Below are positions 1-14,929 of a DNA stretch of 64,000 nt, piece by piece. The notes under the pieces are model-generated. The model saw only the letters and a list, made by a program, of their open reading frames with translations, was not told the DNA's origin and searched no databases. The stretch's first letter is position 1; the number at the start of each line of letters is the position of its first letter. The DNA lies in contig OX597814.1 in assembly GCA_951406725.2 (NCBI GenBank), forward strand, positions 112,468,001 through 112,532,000. Reading direction: 5' to 3'. The DNA is from Octopus vulgaris (Eukaryota). Made by a program: the position numbers and the translations under genes.

Positions 1-232
1 TGATTGGATCAACTGGAACCCTCGTCGTCGTGGGTTCAATAGCTGCATCAGGTAGCATGTTTTGTCCTGGGGCAAGGCATTTCAATTCGCGCTGTTCCTA
101 TCTGCTCAGTTCTAAATTATTGGATGAAAAGCAAAGTTGACCGCCAAATTTGAGCTCACAACGTAAAGAGCCGGAAAGAATATCGTAAAGATATTTGTTC
201 GACACTCTTACGATTCTGTCAGTTCAGCGCTT

Positions 233-278
<46 letters not shown>

Positions 279-304
279 TGATGATGATGATGACGATTCT
301 CTCT

Positions 305-478
305 ACTGGAAGCACAAGGCCTGAAATTTAGGGAAAGGATAAAGTCGATGTAATCGACTCCAGTGTTTACTTAATCTATCGATCCCGAAAGGAAGAAGGC
401 AATGTCAAACTCGGAGGAATTTGAACTCAGAACGTAAAAACGGACGAAATTCTGCTAAGCACTTCGATTATGCCAACC
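305..478 (-). mobile_element. tRNA-derived SINE family 1 (Meta/MESC-like central domain), diverged copy
   Basis: Reverse complement matches other family-1 copies (gttctgagttcaaattcc B box; gcctttcatcctttcggggtcgataaattaagtaccag-like core); a more decayed copy lies at ~130-232. Confidence 0.75.
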
Positions 479-510
479 GATAATGATAATAATAATAATT
501 CTGCCAACCG

Positions 511-587
<77 letters not shown>

Positions 588-590
<3 letters not shown>

Positions 591-736
591 TGCACTACTA
601 GGCACCGCACACATCCTACGCAGAACACTTTCCATACAATAACCATCAGAGCATCACAACAAATCACAGTACATACTCAAAGCACACAGAGCTGCGCTCG
701 GTAGTAAAGTGAAAGCACGCTATAAAAATAAAACTA

Positions 737-740
<4 letters not shown>
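588..740 (+). mobile_element. R4/Dong-type non-LTR retrotransposon, 3' end (family A) in (TAA)n
   Basis: Encodes IALLGTAHILRRTLSIQ* plus a 3' UTR nearly identical to copies at 55790, 63640 and 17862; (AAT)n on both sides. Confidence 0.85.
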
Positions 741-806
<66 letters not shown>

Positions 807-847
807 GTAGTAGTAGTAGTAGTAGTAATAATAATAATAATAATAAT

Positions 848-1115
848 TGCGCTCAAAATTGACTAGATAGAATAAAATCCAAGCAGTTAATACGTGGGCG
901 AAAGCATCACTTCGGTATGGAGCGGGGATTATAACATGACAAAAGAGACAAGTGATGAAAATGGATAATATGACCAGAAAAATGTTCACCATATACGGAC
1001 CCTTCCACCCTAAGAGTGACACCGATAGGCTGTACTTGTCCAGAAGAAAGGGTGAGAGAGGTTCGATCATTTACCAGGACTGTATCGAAGCAGAGGCAAA
1101 CTTAGGGTGGTATAT
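848..1115 (+). mobile_element. R4/Dong-type RT thumb-region fragment (pseudogenised)
   Basis: Translates NKIQAVNTWA..LRYGAGII*..DNMTRKMFTIYGPFHPKSDTDRLYLSRRKGERG with in-frame stops; this motif is typical of R4/Dong ORFs. Confidence 0.75.
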
Positions 1116-1190
1116 ATAAAATGGCGTGGAGTCACTGTTGAAACACACGAAGGCCGGCATCACATTCACTCACACATACACATGTGTGTG

Positions 1191-1241
<51 letters not shown>

Positions 1242-1242
1242 C

Positions 1243-1333
<91 letters not shown>

Positions 1334-1334
1334 A

Positions 1335-1480
1335 CGACGGGTTTCTTAACATTTTCTGTCTACATATTCCACTCAAGGATTCAGTCGGCCTGAAGTTATA
1401 GTAGAAAGACACTTGCCCAAGGTGCCACGCAATGGGACGGAACGATATGGTCGGGAAGCAAATTTCGTACCATACAGCAG
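1335..1480 (-). mobile_element. CORE-like tRNA-derived SINE family 2, 5' half
   Basis: Contains gacacttgcccaaggtgccacgca (reverse of tggcaccttgggcaagtgtc, CORE-like); further partial copies at ~4300-4385(-), 9428-9560(+), 34930-34990(-), 59877-59990(-). Confidence 0.7.
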
Positions 1481-2226
1481 GTATAAAATTTGAAATCTGC
1501 GTGGTGGATTTTAATTTGCTGCTTCTCAAAGTGAGCGGTACCGTCTTCAGTTTGGAGGAGAAAGCGTGAAAAACTTTTTATAAACACTTGGGAAAAAAGC
1601 CGTAGAAGATAATAGATGCATTTCTACGTTTCTACGTTTCTAGCGTTTAGTATTATAAAACATTTAAATTAAAATATTATGATAAACTGCTTTCACAACG
1701 ACCACAATAGCTACAGCATCAATCATATTAATATACTTTGAAATGCCAAAAGTTGAATGAACAAACCGGCCGCCATATATAATATATATCATATGTAAAT
1801 TGTAAATTATAAACAATAAAAGATATATAATTTTAAAGACATTGTCAATATTTATGAACTTTTCCATACATCCAATAAAGACAGCCACTGCACCTGTGGC
1901 ATTTGATAACGTTTTGAGACCCGTGTGAGCTTACATATGCGCGCATATATGCGGTGTATTTTAATATTTCGGGAATTGTAGCAAAGGGACGTTGACAGAG
2001 TGTTAGTAAAAGTAAGAGATATAGTTTTTAAATGTTTGAGAAATACCTTAGACTCTAGAAAGATGAAAGCAAAGACGGTCTCAGTGGAATTTGAACTGTG
2101 AACGTAAAAGGATGTAAGACTACAGAGCAGTTTGTACATTCTGTTACTCCATTCTCATCAGCCAATGCAGGAGCTTCTGCTTGGTTGCTTAACCTTTTAG
2201 CGAAATCTCTCAAAATAATATAATTC

Positions 2227-3369
2227 TAAATCTCTCAGAGAGATTTATGCAGTAGCAGCACGATAAAGTGATAGCATGCAATGACTCTGGAACTAGTTTC
2301 TGGTTACTGGTTTTGCTGGGTGGAGGTGCTTGTCTCCACTTTGAAAACATAAGGACACAGGAAATGTGTTAAGTTTAATAGAAAACGGTGTTTCCTAGGG
2401 CTAAATAACAGTAGCATTCTTCCTTTGTATGGGACTGACACGTTAAGTTGACAGCATGATATCATTTTATCGTGTTGTGACTGCATAAATCTCTCTGTGA
2501 GATTTACAAATATATTATTTCTATTTTCAAAAATCAGTGAATGTATTTCACTTGAAATATGTTTTCATAGGCTACCAAGGGAAACTGTCCTGCACGCTTT
2601 TGTACAGTCCCCGCAGCTTTCGGGCTTGATAATTTACGTAGAACACGTGTTGTCGTACTTGGGAAGAATGCAGCTATCAGCTGGGTCTGCGATAAAGATT
2701 GTACCGCCAACCGGACTATCAAAGGAAGGTGAGGCTTGTTTTCTCTGTACGGTCGCAGTAATGAAAGAGTGTGCATAGAGAACAAGAATGCAAGGAATCG
2801 AGACAGGATCCTTCATCTCCAGCACTTGTCAGCTATACTACTTCAGGTACCACCTGAAGAGAAAGATAGGGCTGGAGAGGAGACACCCGTCGCGAAGCAT
2901 ATATGAGAAAAGATGGAAGGATGTCGTGAGGAAGTTGGGAGTGATTGTCCCTACTTAATTCCATCCATGGTAAAAGCAAGGTGTAGTCGCTGGATTTCTG
3001 GCCATTCGGTGTGAAAATAAGTTTGTGTAAACTTTTAAATTGTATATAAATTGTATATAACTCAAGCAATTTTTAATTATAAACACACTTAACTCATCAA
3101 TATGTTTGTAACGTCCTGTATTGTTCCTCTTTGTAAATGATTCTTATTATCATAATAAAGAAATTACTCCGGACTGATGATGAGAAATGACTCTGAAACT
3201 AGTTTCTGGATGCTGGTTTTGCTGGGTGAAGGTGCTTTTCTCCACTTTGAAAACATAAGGACACAGGAAATGTGTTAAGTCCAATAGGAAACGGTGTTTC
3301 CTAGGGCTAAATAACAGGAGCATTCTTCCGTTTTATGGGGCTGTCACATTAAGTTGACAGCATGCTATC
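2227..3369 (+). mobile_element. Non-coding PLE-derived/retrozyme-like unit: inverted 5' piece + partial tandem repeat + hammerhead
   Basis: Direct repeat 2281-2463 / 3187-3369 (906-bp period); 2227-2279 is an inverted copy of 2454-2506; hammerhead at 3168-3210. Confidence 0.7.
3168..3210 (+). ncRNA. Type-I minimal hammerhead ribozyme
   Basis: tccgga CTGATGA t-gag aaatga ctc-t GAAA CTAG TT tctgga: 6-bp helix I, intact core, palindromic helix III. Confidence 0.7.
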
Positions 3370-6300
3370 GCTTCGCTCCCTATCGTTTGAGAAAGAAAAT
3401 GTTGTCTGTTAATGTGGCTTTTAATTTCTTGAACGTGGTTAACATAAGAGATGGTTGCGGTTGGAGACATTTGATTATAGGTATGTTCGATCAGGATTAA
3501 CTTGGGGCTAAATAGCACGCTTATTTTATTATAATGAATAACAACAGAGACGTTATAGTCCACAGAATTACATTACTAAATCTAAGATATTATATTAACC
3601 TTTAACATTAAATACCACAATAACACATTGGACAATGTCTTACATAAAACTTTCAGTCATTTCTGACATGTGTTGTTTTTCCTTATTCTATAATTAAGCC
3701 TAAGTCGCTGTTTAATTACTAATTCCATTCCCAATAATAAGCTCCTACATCTGCACGAGTAATAATTTAATAACGTTTCGTTTTAATTATTAACTAAATT
3801 CAGTTATCCTACTATTAACTCATTCTTGTTTCAGTAGATGTGGTTTCCTTTAGCGACGTCGCCATCTTTAAACATGAACTTACTCTTCTGACAGCCATTT
3901 ATCTAACACGTTGCTAAGTGTTTACATACAGCTTTCTCTGTTGATCGTGGCTTAGTAGTTAGGATGGTGCCTTCACGATCGCAACGTCGTGGTTTCGATT
4001 TCCGGGTGCGTCGAGTTCTTCAACGAAACATTCCGTTTCGCATCGCTCAAGCATCACTTCGACATATATAATGTGCGACACACCGTACCCCTGCACAGGC
4101 AATGTCGATTCGATGTATGGTGTTCAAATACAAGTGGCATTTTCCTTCTTTCTGACTGTCTCTGTCTCTCCTGTTGTGAATTCTTGGTAGGGAAGAAGAA
4201 GAAGAAGAAGAAGAAGAAGAAGAAGAAGAAGAAGAAGAAGAAGAAGAAGAAGAAGAAGAAGAAGAAGAAGAATGTGGGAGTGCTGCATTTAAGTGGCAAA
4301 TATTGCCCAAGATGCCACGCAGTGATTCTGAACCTAGAACCACGTGGTTGGGAAGCAAGTTTCTTACCACACAGCCACTGCTAATGCCAGATTTTTTTTC
4401 GAATTTCCTTCAATTTAGGACACCTACATATTTAGGACACCTTCTCTTTAGCCTCTTCTCATGCGCTTTTATCTTTGGCCACTTAAAATGAAAACGCTTT
4501 TGTGGACAACTGATGGTCAACCATCATAAGAGATGACCAGGAGATTGAAAACGGTGTGGCAGAAACTTAGTATCCATGTAAGAAACATTATTTCGTTTCA
4601 AAACGTAGACACTCTTCTGCCTCTTCTGTCACTAGATGAGAATGGTTCCTATCAGGAATTGGTAAATGAATTTCAGTATATGGAAATATCAGCAGAAGTT
4701 AATTCGATTTAAAAAAAAACTAAAATTATTGATAATTTCACGGACGTTTATGATGTGTGTATTTATATGAAGAGTGTGTATGTGCAAATATACGTGTGTG
4801 CATGTGTGCATATGTGCATGTATATATACGTAGATATGAATATAGGTTCGTACGTACGTATGTATGCATGTTCGTACGGACATTTTTACGTACGTATGTT
4901 CGTACGCACGCTTGTGCGAACGTATTTATTTATCTACGTATGTATGTATATGTGTGTGTGTATGTATGTATGTATGTATGTATGTATGTATGTATGTATG
5001 TATGTATGTGTGTGTTTGTGTGTATATGTGTGTTTGTATGCATGCATGTATGTATTTATATGTGCATGCATGTATGCATTCATGTATGTATGTATTCATG
5101 TATGTATGTATGTATGTATGTATGTATGCATGCATGCATGTATACATGTATACATGCATGTATATATGTATGTATGCATACATGCATGTATGTAATGCAT
5201 GTATGTAATGTATGTATTTATGTATGCATGTATGTATGTGTGCATGCAAGCAGCATGCATGTATGTATACATGTATGTATGTTTGTATACATGCATTTAT
5301 GTATGTATGTATGCATGTATGTATGTATGTATGTATGTATGTATGTATGTATGCATGTATCTATGTATGTATATGCATATATAAGTGTCGATCCTTGACA
5401 GGGCTGAAAAGCTACTTCCAAGCTGCTCGTATTTAAGGCACGCATATACACACACATAATCACACACATAAAAATGCACAGACATACATACATAATACAC
5501 TAATACATACATACATACACTTATACATACCTACATACAAATATATATACATACAAACGTACATACATACAGTCATACATACATACAAACATACATACAC
5601 TCATACATACACACACACACATACATAAATATACATGCACTGGGAGGATACGGAAAAACGAAAGCAAAAAAAAAATAATAAACGAACAAGAATATAGGGA
5701 ATGTAGGAATGGCGGAACACGAACAAACGAATGAAGAATTAAATGATAATAAGTTATCAGTTTTAGGGCAAATGACGGCAGCAGCAAACAGAACCGAGAA
5801 GAATTAAATGAATTTATTAATTGGATTGATGAACTAACAAACTAAATTCTTATATTACGCATGCGCTATATTTATTAATGAATTTATTTATTTTATTTCG
5901 TTTGGGTTTGTTCTGATGTGTGTTGTGTGTGACGCTGACTGACTGACGACTCCCGGAGTCAGGAGTCAGTGTTAGTGTTATTATAACAATGTAAAAAAAA
6001 AAGAAAAGTGCGGGCTGGCTTTCTTTATAAGTAAAGATGCTCAGTTGAACATCCACCACCGCTGTCACTACTACCGCCGCCATATTGTTTAACCGTAAGA
6101 GATATGTGGCTTTTTAATTACGTCCGAATATAATATCCCATCTCGACGTCGCCGTCGCCGCCACCACCACGATTGACCTCGAGATATTCACATTTCATGG
6201 AAGATTTAATGAATGAAATTTCGAAGATTCCGCTGTATCTACTCGAGGCACAGTCTTTTATTTTATTTTATTTTATTATTTTTTTTTTGTCTTCTAAACG

Positions 6301-6767
6301 CACCAGACCACCAACACCAACAGGGCCACCCCCCCCCCCCCCAATAACACCGCCGCCAACGCCACTGTGACACCGCCACGAACACTAACACCACCGCCAC
6401 CACCAATACCACTAGGTCACTACTACCGTCACCACCAACGCCATCATCACCACTACTATCAACAACAATGCCATATCCGCCACCGCCATTTCCACCATTT
6501 ATCGCTGCCGTCACCGCCATATTTTGGTTCTCCCTTTTCGAATCTTTCATTTGATTTCACTTATTTTATTCCACCCTAACACCCTCCCACCCCCGCCCTT
6601 TTCTTTCCGTTAATTATTTTGTTATTTCTGCTGTTGCTGTTTTTGTTGTTGTTATTGACGTTGTTATTGTTCGTTTTACTTTTTTCAACAGAGAGACGTA
6701 TCGTAGGGAAAAATCGTCCCCTCATTGCACAGACATGTCTGTCTACCTTGACATATACGCATGCATG

Positions 6768-6813
<46 letters not shown>

Positions 6814-6823
6814 CATATATACA

Positions 6824-6909
<86 letters not shown>

Positions 6910-7035
6910 TATATGTATGCATGTATGTATATATATATATATCTGTGTGGCTAGGTGTGTATACACAAACACACACAGGTGTTATAAATGTATGCGAATA
7001 TGCGTATCTTCATGCATTGTACATGTGGGCAAAAG

Positions 7036-7345
7036 CGCGTGGCTTAGTGATTAGAGCATTCGGCTCACGATCGCAAGGTGGTGAGTTCAATTCGCAGAGG
7101 CACATCGTGTTCTTGAGCAAGACACTATTTCACGACTCTCCAGTCCACTTCATTGGCTAAAACCTGTATTGCAAGGGGGCCAGCCTTGTCAAATTGTGTG
7201 CCATGTTGAATCTCCTTGAGAACTACGTTAAAGGCACAAGCATCTGTGGAGTGCTCAGCCACTTGCACGTTAGTTTCGCGAGGAGGCTGTTCCGTGGATC
7301 GAAACAACTAGAACAGTCATCGTTATAACCGACGGGGTGCCAGTA
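7036..7345 (+). mobile_element. tRNA-derived SINE family 3
   Basis: A box tggcttagtga, B box gagttcaattc, gtgttcttgagcaagacac domain; other copies at 8679-9000(+), ~3945-4130(+), 56360-56545(-) and a tail at 1-30. Confidence 0.75.
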
Positions 7346-7369
7346 AAGTATATATGTTTATATGAAAGG

Positions 7370-7430
<61 letters not shown>

Positions 7431-7433
7431 ACA

Positions 7434-7479
<46 letters not shown>

Positions 7480-8144
7480 CATATATATGTATATATATAT
7501 GCATATATATGTATATATATATATATATATATATACGTATATGTATATATCTATCTATATATATATATATCTTCATGTATGTTTGTGTATGTGTGTATGT
7601 ATATATGTGTGTGTGTGTATGTATGTATGGATCTATGTATTCTTGTAAAAACGTACCTGTGTATGTGCGAATGAATAAATAAAAGGATAGAGGGATCGAT
7701 GGATATATATATGTATGTGTATGTGCGTGTGTGTGTGTTTGTGAGCGTGTGTGCGTGTCTGTGTATTTACGTACGTATGCATGTACATGTGTACGGATAG
7801 GCGAATGAATTCCTGTATCGTACGTATTCATGGAAAGGACGAAGCTGCGCATGTGTGGATGAATAAACAGAAAGACAGAGGGATCGATGGACAGAGATGT
7901 GTGTGTGTGTAGCATCTATGTATAATAGGTGCAAGTGTATGTATTGTGTGTCCGTGATGGTATGCATGTGTTAGTCTTCCATACATTTGTTTCATATATT
8001 TATGCCTCTGAGTGTACATGCGTTTATATTTGTACGTTTTTAGGGTATTTACTCACCACCATATATGTCTGTGTACGTGTCTGCATGTAGACCCATATAT
8101 ATGTGTGTGTGTATGTGTGTGTGTGTGTATGTGTGTGTGTTGGG

Positions 8145-8203
<59 letters not shown>

Positions 8204-8428
8204 ACATGGATATACATTTATATATATACATGTATATACATATATATACATACATATATGTATATACTTATATATATATGTATATATATATGTATATATA
8301 TATATATATATATGTATATGTGTATATGTGTGTGTGTGTGTTTATACGTGTGTATATCCATGCACACATTTGTATATCAATCTGCACTTTTGTAGGAACG
8401 ACTTCATATGGATCGATACATACATATG

Positions 8429-8472
<44 letters not shown>

Positions 8473-8529
8473 GCACACAAGCACAAACATGCAAGCAAGC
8501 AAGTGCACACAAACACATATACACACACA

Positions 8530-8587
<58 letters not shown>

Positions 8588-8678
8588 GTATATAAAGAGA
8601 TGCATACATATATACATACATACATATGCATGCATTCATATATGCTTTCATGTTTGTCTACGTGTGTGTGTGTGTAAA

Positions 8679-9000
8679 GGCGCATCACTTAGTCGTTAGG
8701 GTGTTCGGTTCACGATCGCATGGTTGTGAGTTCGATTCCAGGAGGTATGTTGTATCCTTAAGCAAGACACTTCATTTCACGGTGCTCCACTCTACCCAGG
8801 TGACAGAAATGAGTAGCACCTGCATTTCAAAGGGCCAACCTGTCACATTCTGCATCACGATGAATCACCCTGAGAAATACTTTAAGAGTGCACGTGTCTG
8901 TGGAATACTCAGCTGCTTGTAAGTTAATTTCACGAGCAAGCTGTTCCGTTGATAGGATCAACTGCAATCCTCGTCGTCGCCACCGACGGAATACCATTTT
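8679..9000 (+). mobile_element. tRNA-derived SINE family 3, near full length
   Basis: Colinear with 7036-7345 from ggcgc..cttagtcgttagg to ctcgtcgtcgccaccgacgga. Confidence 0.75.
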
Positions 9001-9559
9001 CCCCCTTATAAGTATGTGCAGGTGTTATTTTTTTCCTGCAACGTTTTTGTTGTAATCGGTATATGCGAGGAAACAGCTTTATAGTTGCTTTATCTCCGCA
9101 ATAAACCACTCTTTCTCTCAAAGTCAATCAGAGCCTCACTGCTAAAAACGGCAGCTAAATCAAGATAAACTTAAAAGTTAAAGGAGTCACAGCTAAAGTA
9201 TTGGAATATCAATTAAAACAGTCCTAGTTTAATCGAGTGTCTCCTGTAGTGAAATCTTAGCAAAGAATATGTACGTACATGTACGTATATGCGTGTATAT
9301 GAATGTCTGAATGGTTGAGGGTACTACGCTACTCACATATTATGTATACACAAAATATCACAATACATAAGAAACTGTATTATATCTGAGTAGAGAATAC
9401 AATGTAAAGAATCATTTAACAATTATAAGCGAAGGCATGACTGTGTATTAGGAAGTTTGCTTCCCAACTACATGGATTCGGGTTCAGTCCCACTACATGG
9501 TACCTTGGGAAAGTTACTTCTATTATAGCTTTGTTAGTGGATTTGATCGATGGAAACTG

Positions 9560-9626
<67 letters not shown>

Positions 9627-10490
9627 ATATATTAATAAATAAAACATATGCATATATATGTACATATATGTACGTACCTACCTCTACATGTATATATGCA
9701 CGCATATATGAGTACAGGACACCAAAAAAACGTCGAACACAATGAGAAACGAAAACATAGACACAAACACAAGGAACTGGACATTTTTCTTAAACAACAA
9801 AAAAAGTACAGGACAAATAACACAAAGAAAAAACCCCTTCTTCAGTCGCCATGCTTTCATCTATTCTACGTTTCGAAGGTGAAGGCAAGACATATCTTCG
9901 ATAAGAAACTTTCCTTGCTGCGAAAAGCAAATCAAATAAAATTTGAGATCTTTTTGCAGAGGGGTAAAATGGTAACAAAACCAGGACAGTAACGACAGTA
10001 CAAAATATAAGCAGAAAAAGACAGGACAAGGAAAATAACAAGACAAGAAGGGCTGTTAACGCCGAACGAAAAAAAGTATTACGAACGCTAAATTCTGTGA
10101 ACGGCGAACGGAGCAAAGAGAATTGCCGTCCACACCTCAAGATGGTACAGGCTAGAAAGACAGTAGCGGAGCTCTCGTCGCGGGTCAACGACGGGAGGGA
10201 GGAGGAGGAGCAAGAGAAAAGGAGAGAAGAAAGGGGAATGGTTGTGAGGAAACCATGAAGAATGAGAGAGAGGGAGAGACAGTTAAGTAGAAGAAAAGGG
10301 AATCAAGGAATGAGGGCTGAGAAAGGGATGGGACAGAAAGGTTAAGAGTGCGCATCAAAACTAATTTCAAATATATATATATATATATATATGTAGTTAA
10401 TCCAAACATGAGCAAAGAGAAAACACAACAACGCGAGGACTTGGAACAAGTATAGTGTTATTGAACGCTCAGGAAAAGAAAGAAAGGAGG

Positions 10491-10524
10491 ATTTAACGTT
10501 TCTAGCGGGCTCTTCATCAGAAAC
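10491..10524 (-). ncRNA. Minimal hammerhead-like motif in a ~200-bp element (10395-10590) between (TA)n tracts
   Basis: Minus strand: gttt CTGATGA agagc cc gcta GAAA CG TT aaat; helix II is weak; a related element lies at 37985-38130. Confidence 0.55.
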
Positions 10525-10588
10525 ATAGAAAAGGAAAGGTCTAAGGAAGGGACGACGAAGGAAAGAAAATCGCCAACGATACACACGC

Positions 10589-10643
<55 letters not shown>

Positions 10644-12065
10644 TTCATCGTATTCTTCCTCTGTATCCTCCCATGATCTCTAGGCTAATTACGCATCCCC
10701 TAACCACACTTTCATTTACTTTTTGTTTCCTCACGATATAAGCAAAAAAAAAAAAAGGGGGTCTAGAAGACGCACAAAGTGATTGCGCACCTCTGATGCA
10801 AGTCTGATGAAATGCCTCTCAAATTTCTAAATTCGCAAACATTACGTAAATTTTCATTTCGAATTTATGCGTAAATTGGTGTTGCAAGCAGAGTTGCTAT
10901 GTTTGTTTATCAATATTGATAACGCAGCAAATGATTTGAGCTCAAATGCTGGCATTTCATTGGTTAAAATTCGAAGAATTAAACTACGTTAAACTTACAA
11001 ATTACAATTTTGTTTTCAATTTTGTTTACAATAATGTTTTCTTTTGACACATTCTACCAGCATACGAAGTTTCAAATTGTTTAGTTAACTAGAAAATTCC
11101 GTCCATCAAAAGGAAAAGATCCAATATTTGTGCATGTGTATGTGTACACATGTATAAATGTGTGTGTGTGTGTGTGTCTGTACACATCTTTATTTTTTCT
11201 AATTTTTAGCTTGTAACTAATATATAGATAGCGTGTTTATCTTTCTATTATACCATAAGTAATTGCCCTGCGCAGTCTTTATAGAAACCACCTAATAGGT
11301 AAATAATTAAGTACATGAATGAATATTATTAAACTGATTCTATGTAATCTTTCCTTTTTAATGTTGATAATTGATATATACACACCTTTTACCTATTTTT
11401 GTTATGATATCATTTTTGATAATCTTAAGTATTATTTTTATACAACACAACAATATTGTTTGTAAACAATTATCCATAGTACCCCAAGATAAAATTTCCT
11501 CTGTATTAACATCCTAGGTTTTATTAGCGTCTTGCCCGTTTAACTGGTAATTAACATTATGATTTAGAGTCTTTCCCTACACAGCCTCCTTTCATAGATA
11601 GTTACTCTATATCCAATTTACTACTCTTAATGTCTTCTTCCCTCCTTGAAGAAAAGGGAAACATATGACAATATTTATGACCATACCTAGCCATGAGCTG
11701 TCAACTCACTCTTGTCTAAACAGACACAGTCCGCTAGTCTTAGATTTAGTAGTTGATAAAAAGACAAATAAATTAGAAATGAACCACAATCCTTTACAAG
11801 CTATGACCCCAGTGGACTTCATGCCATTCTTGGAAGTGTAGTCTATTCTTAGCTACAATAGAGACAACATGAATTTCTTCCATCTTCTTGCTCTGTAAAA
11901 GTATTTTATTATATTAACGTGTCCAACTGGTTAAAATTCTATATATTTGTGCAGCTGATGATAGCTCTGCATTTAAATTGATATAATGATTGCAATGTCC
12001 AATTAAATGGAGCCGCTTGAAACGGTTGTACTGCATCACTTCTTGATATCCTGTTGCTTATTTTG

Positions 12066-12123
<58 letters not shown>

Positions 12124-12491
12124 CATACATACATACATACATACATACATACATACATACATACATACACACAGGTAACAAATGATGAATAAATGTTTGT
12201 TATTCATTTATTTGCACATGATACACCAAAGAGATTCCCGACCCGTCGGACATCTAAAGTATACCAAATACCCTTCGACCAACACAATGTACGCTTTGGA
12301 CTAACACTTAGGCGTTAAATACTCGTAACGGATAAATTTTCAGTATACATAACCTGAATATTTCACTGGGTGTATTTCAGTACCCACGACATCTAGTCGA
12401 CTAAAGGTGCTGTTTACAAATGAATTCGACACAACCTGGTGCCTATCATTTAACTACCTGATTTTCTTCCAAATCTTTAATATCATATATA

Positions 12492-12708
12492 CGAGCTGGC
12501 AGAAACGTTAGCACACCGGGCGAAATGCTTAGCGGTATTTTGTTTGTCTTTATGTTCTGAGCTCAAATTCCGCCGAGGTCGACTTTGCCTTTCAACCTCT
12601 CAGTCGGAGTCCATAAATTAAGTACCAGTTGCGTACTGGGTCGATCTAATCAACTGGCCCCATTCCCCCCAAAATTCCGGGCCTTGTGCCTAGACTAACA
12701 AAGAATAT
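12492..12708 (+). mobile_element. SINE family 1, near full length
   Basis: cgagctggcagaaacgttagcac head, B-box-like gagctcaaattcc, gcctttca...aattaagtaccag core, gggccttgtgcctag tail. Confidence 0.85.
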
Positions 12709-12750
12709 TGTGCATACATACATATATACATACATACATGCATACATACA

Positions 12751-13171
12751 TGATGGCCGTCCACTCGTGGCCGAGAAAGACGGTTGCCGACCTTCAGGAA
12801 CATTGTGCGCTCTAGGACTAACTTATATTTTGCATGTGCGGCTCCGTTGATGACTAATGAGGCCTGCTCTTGACAAGCATACACGACTGCAAACATTGTA
12901 AACCAAGCTTTCCCCATTCACTACACTAGCAGTGCGCTTTCGAGCAGCACACTTAAGGTCTTCATGCAGAATACGTACTCTTTCAAAGGTGTCGACCTCC
13001 TCCTTAACCTGCTTCCTCCATCTGTGGCAACGACAGGCATTGCTCTCCCGGTTGGTCTCCTGCATATCACAGGCCTTTAATGAGGACTTGACACAGTCCC
13101 TAAATCGCAGCCTTGGTTTCTGCCCGGGTGTCTTTCCATTCACAAGTTCCCCATATAGCATCTGCTTAGGG
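12751..13171 (-). mobile_element. RTE (BovB-like) LINE 3' end in (ATGT)n
   Basis: [28 protein letters not shown]...RW...[11 protein letters not shown] is a typical RTE C-terminus; flanked by (TACA)n tracts. Confidence 0.85.
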
Positions 13172-13215
13172 ATATATACATACATACATACATACATACA
13201 TACATACATACATAC

Positions 13216-13322
<107 letters not shown>

Positions 13323-13412
13323 TTATATATACATATATACATATATATATATATATATGTATATGTATATATATTTATATATATATATATATATATGTAT
13401 GTATATATGTAT

Positions 13413-13458
<46 letters not shown>

Positions 13459-13643
13459 ATACATATATACATACATACATACATACGTACATACATGCAT
13501 ACATATTTTGCTTAGGCACTGTGAGCCTAATATCACGGTGTGGAACTCAATATACGTACTTTCCAGAACGAAGTGTTCCCGATTAACGGGTGGTAATAAG
13601 ACAGAAATGATAAAGGATAAATGATTATCTTGTGAACTTCATT

Positions 13644-13725
13644 AGCTTACAGCTGTTTCTGCGGTGAGATGCAGTGGACTCATAGTTGAGTGCCTGAGTA
13701 ATACCTTATAGCTTCATCGAAGCCT
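13644..13725 (-). ncRNA. Degenerate hammerhead motif
   Basis: Minus: aggct tcGATGA ag...gca GAAA CAGCTG TA agct; palindromic helix III kept, core start mutated. Confidence 0.45.
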
Positions 13726-13851
13726 CGAAAATGAAGTGGAATTTCTTTGGGGAAGAATTACATTTGTGCCTATATGAGGAATGGCATTATCAATATGTGT
13801 GTGTGAGTGTGTGTGTTTGTATGTGTGTGTGTGTGCATGCGTTCGTGGGTG

Positions 13852-13883
<32 letters not shown>

Positions 13884-13989
13884 TATATACAGAAATATTA
13901 TTTCTAAATTTCTCTAAAGGAGACTACGGCAGCAGTACTGTGTATTAATAGTTATCGCCAAGCTAACATGGTGGTCTCGAAAAATAGGA

Positions 13990-14045
<56 letters not shown>

Positions 14046-14103
14046 GTATATATACATAGGTATGTATATGTGTATATGTAGACATAGACATATACATATA
14101 TTC

Positions 14104-14154
<51 letters not shown>

Positions 14155-14404
14155 CACACATGTACGCACATACATACATACATATGCATTTTTGTAGTAA
14201 AATCGATAGATTACTATGAACATATATGTACATAAATATACATACACACACATATACATATACATTTATACTTATGAATGTATATACAAATATATATACA
14301 CACACACACTCATATATTACCTGCGTATATCGAAAATTGAAAAAGAATGTGAGAAACATTATTCATGCAGACACAGAAATATATAGAACACACACACACT
14401 CACA

Positions 14405-14468
<64 letters not shown>

Positions 14469-14840
14469 CAGACAAATAAAATCACGTGTGTATCTAAAAA
14501 TGGATGTACGCTCGCAGTGGACAAGTCTGTTTCGGAAAGCAGCCATTAACAGACGACAAACTTACTTGGCCAAAAAACAGCAACATCTTCACAAAACATG
14601 AAGTGAATGATGGGAAATAAACGGAGACTAAAGCAAATATTATTAGATTATTCTTATCTTAAGCTACTTTCTCATCAAGGCGATGTTTTTTTCTCTCTTT
14701 TTGTTTTTTTAAGCTTCACTTCATTTAAGTACTATCCAGAGATGAAAAACATGCAAACAGCCACAAAACACCGCCACCAACACCACAAGACCAGCAACAA
14801 CAGCAGTAATACTACTAATAATAATAATAACAACAATAGC

Positions 14841-14929
<89 letters not shown>

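Noticed and set aside
5700-6720. Unique sequence with TAAT motifs and a Pro/His-rich ORF
   Set aside because: Low-complexity (CCA)n; an enhancer or exon role cannot be supported without conservation or RNA data.
4689-8699. Long ORFs such as MYVCMYVC..., YIYIYI..., and poly-N/L/I/K/E ORFs across the window
   Set aside because: These are translations of stop-free microsatellites, with no coding signal.
9700-10190. Possible hammerhead (minus GAAA CG TA at ~9866-9875) and a 132-aa ORF
   Set aside because: No recognisable CTGANGA and no protein motif.
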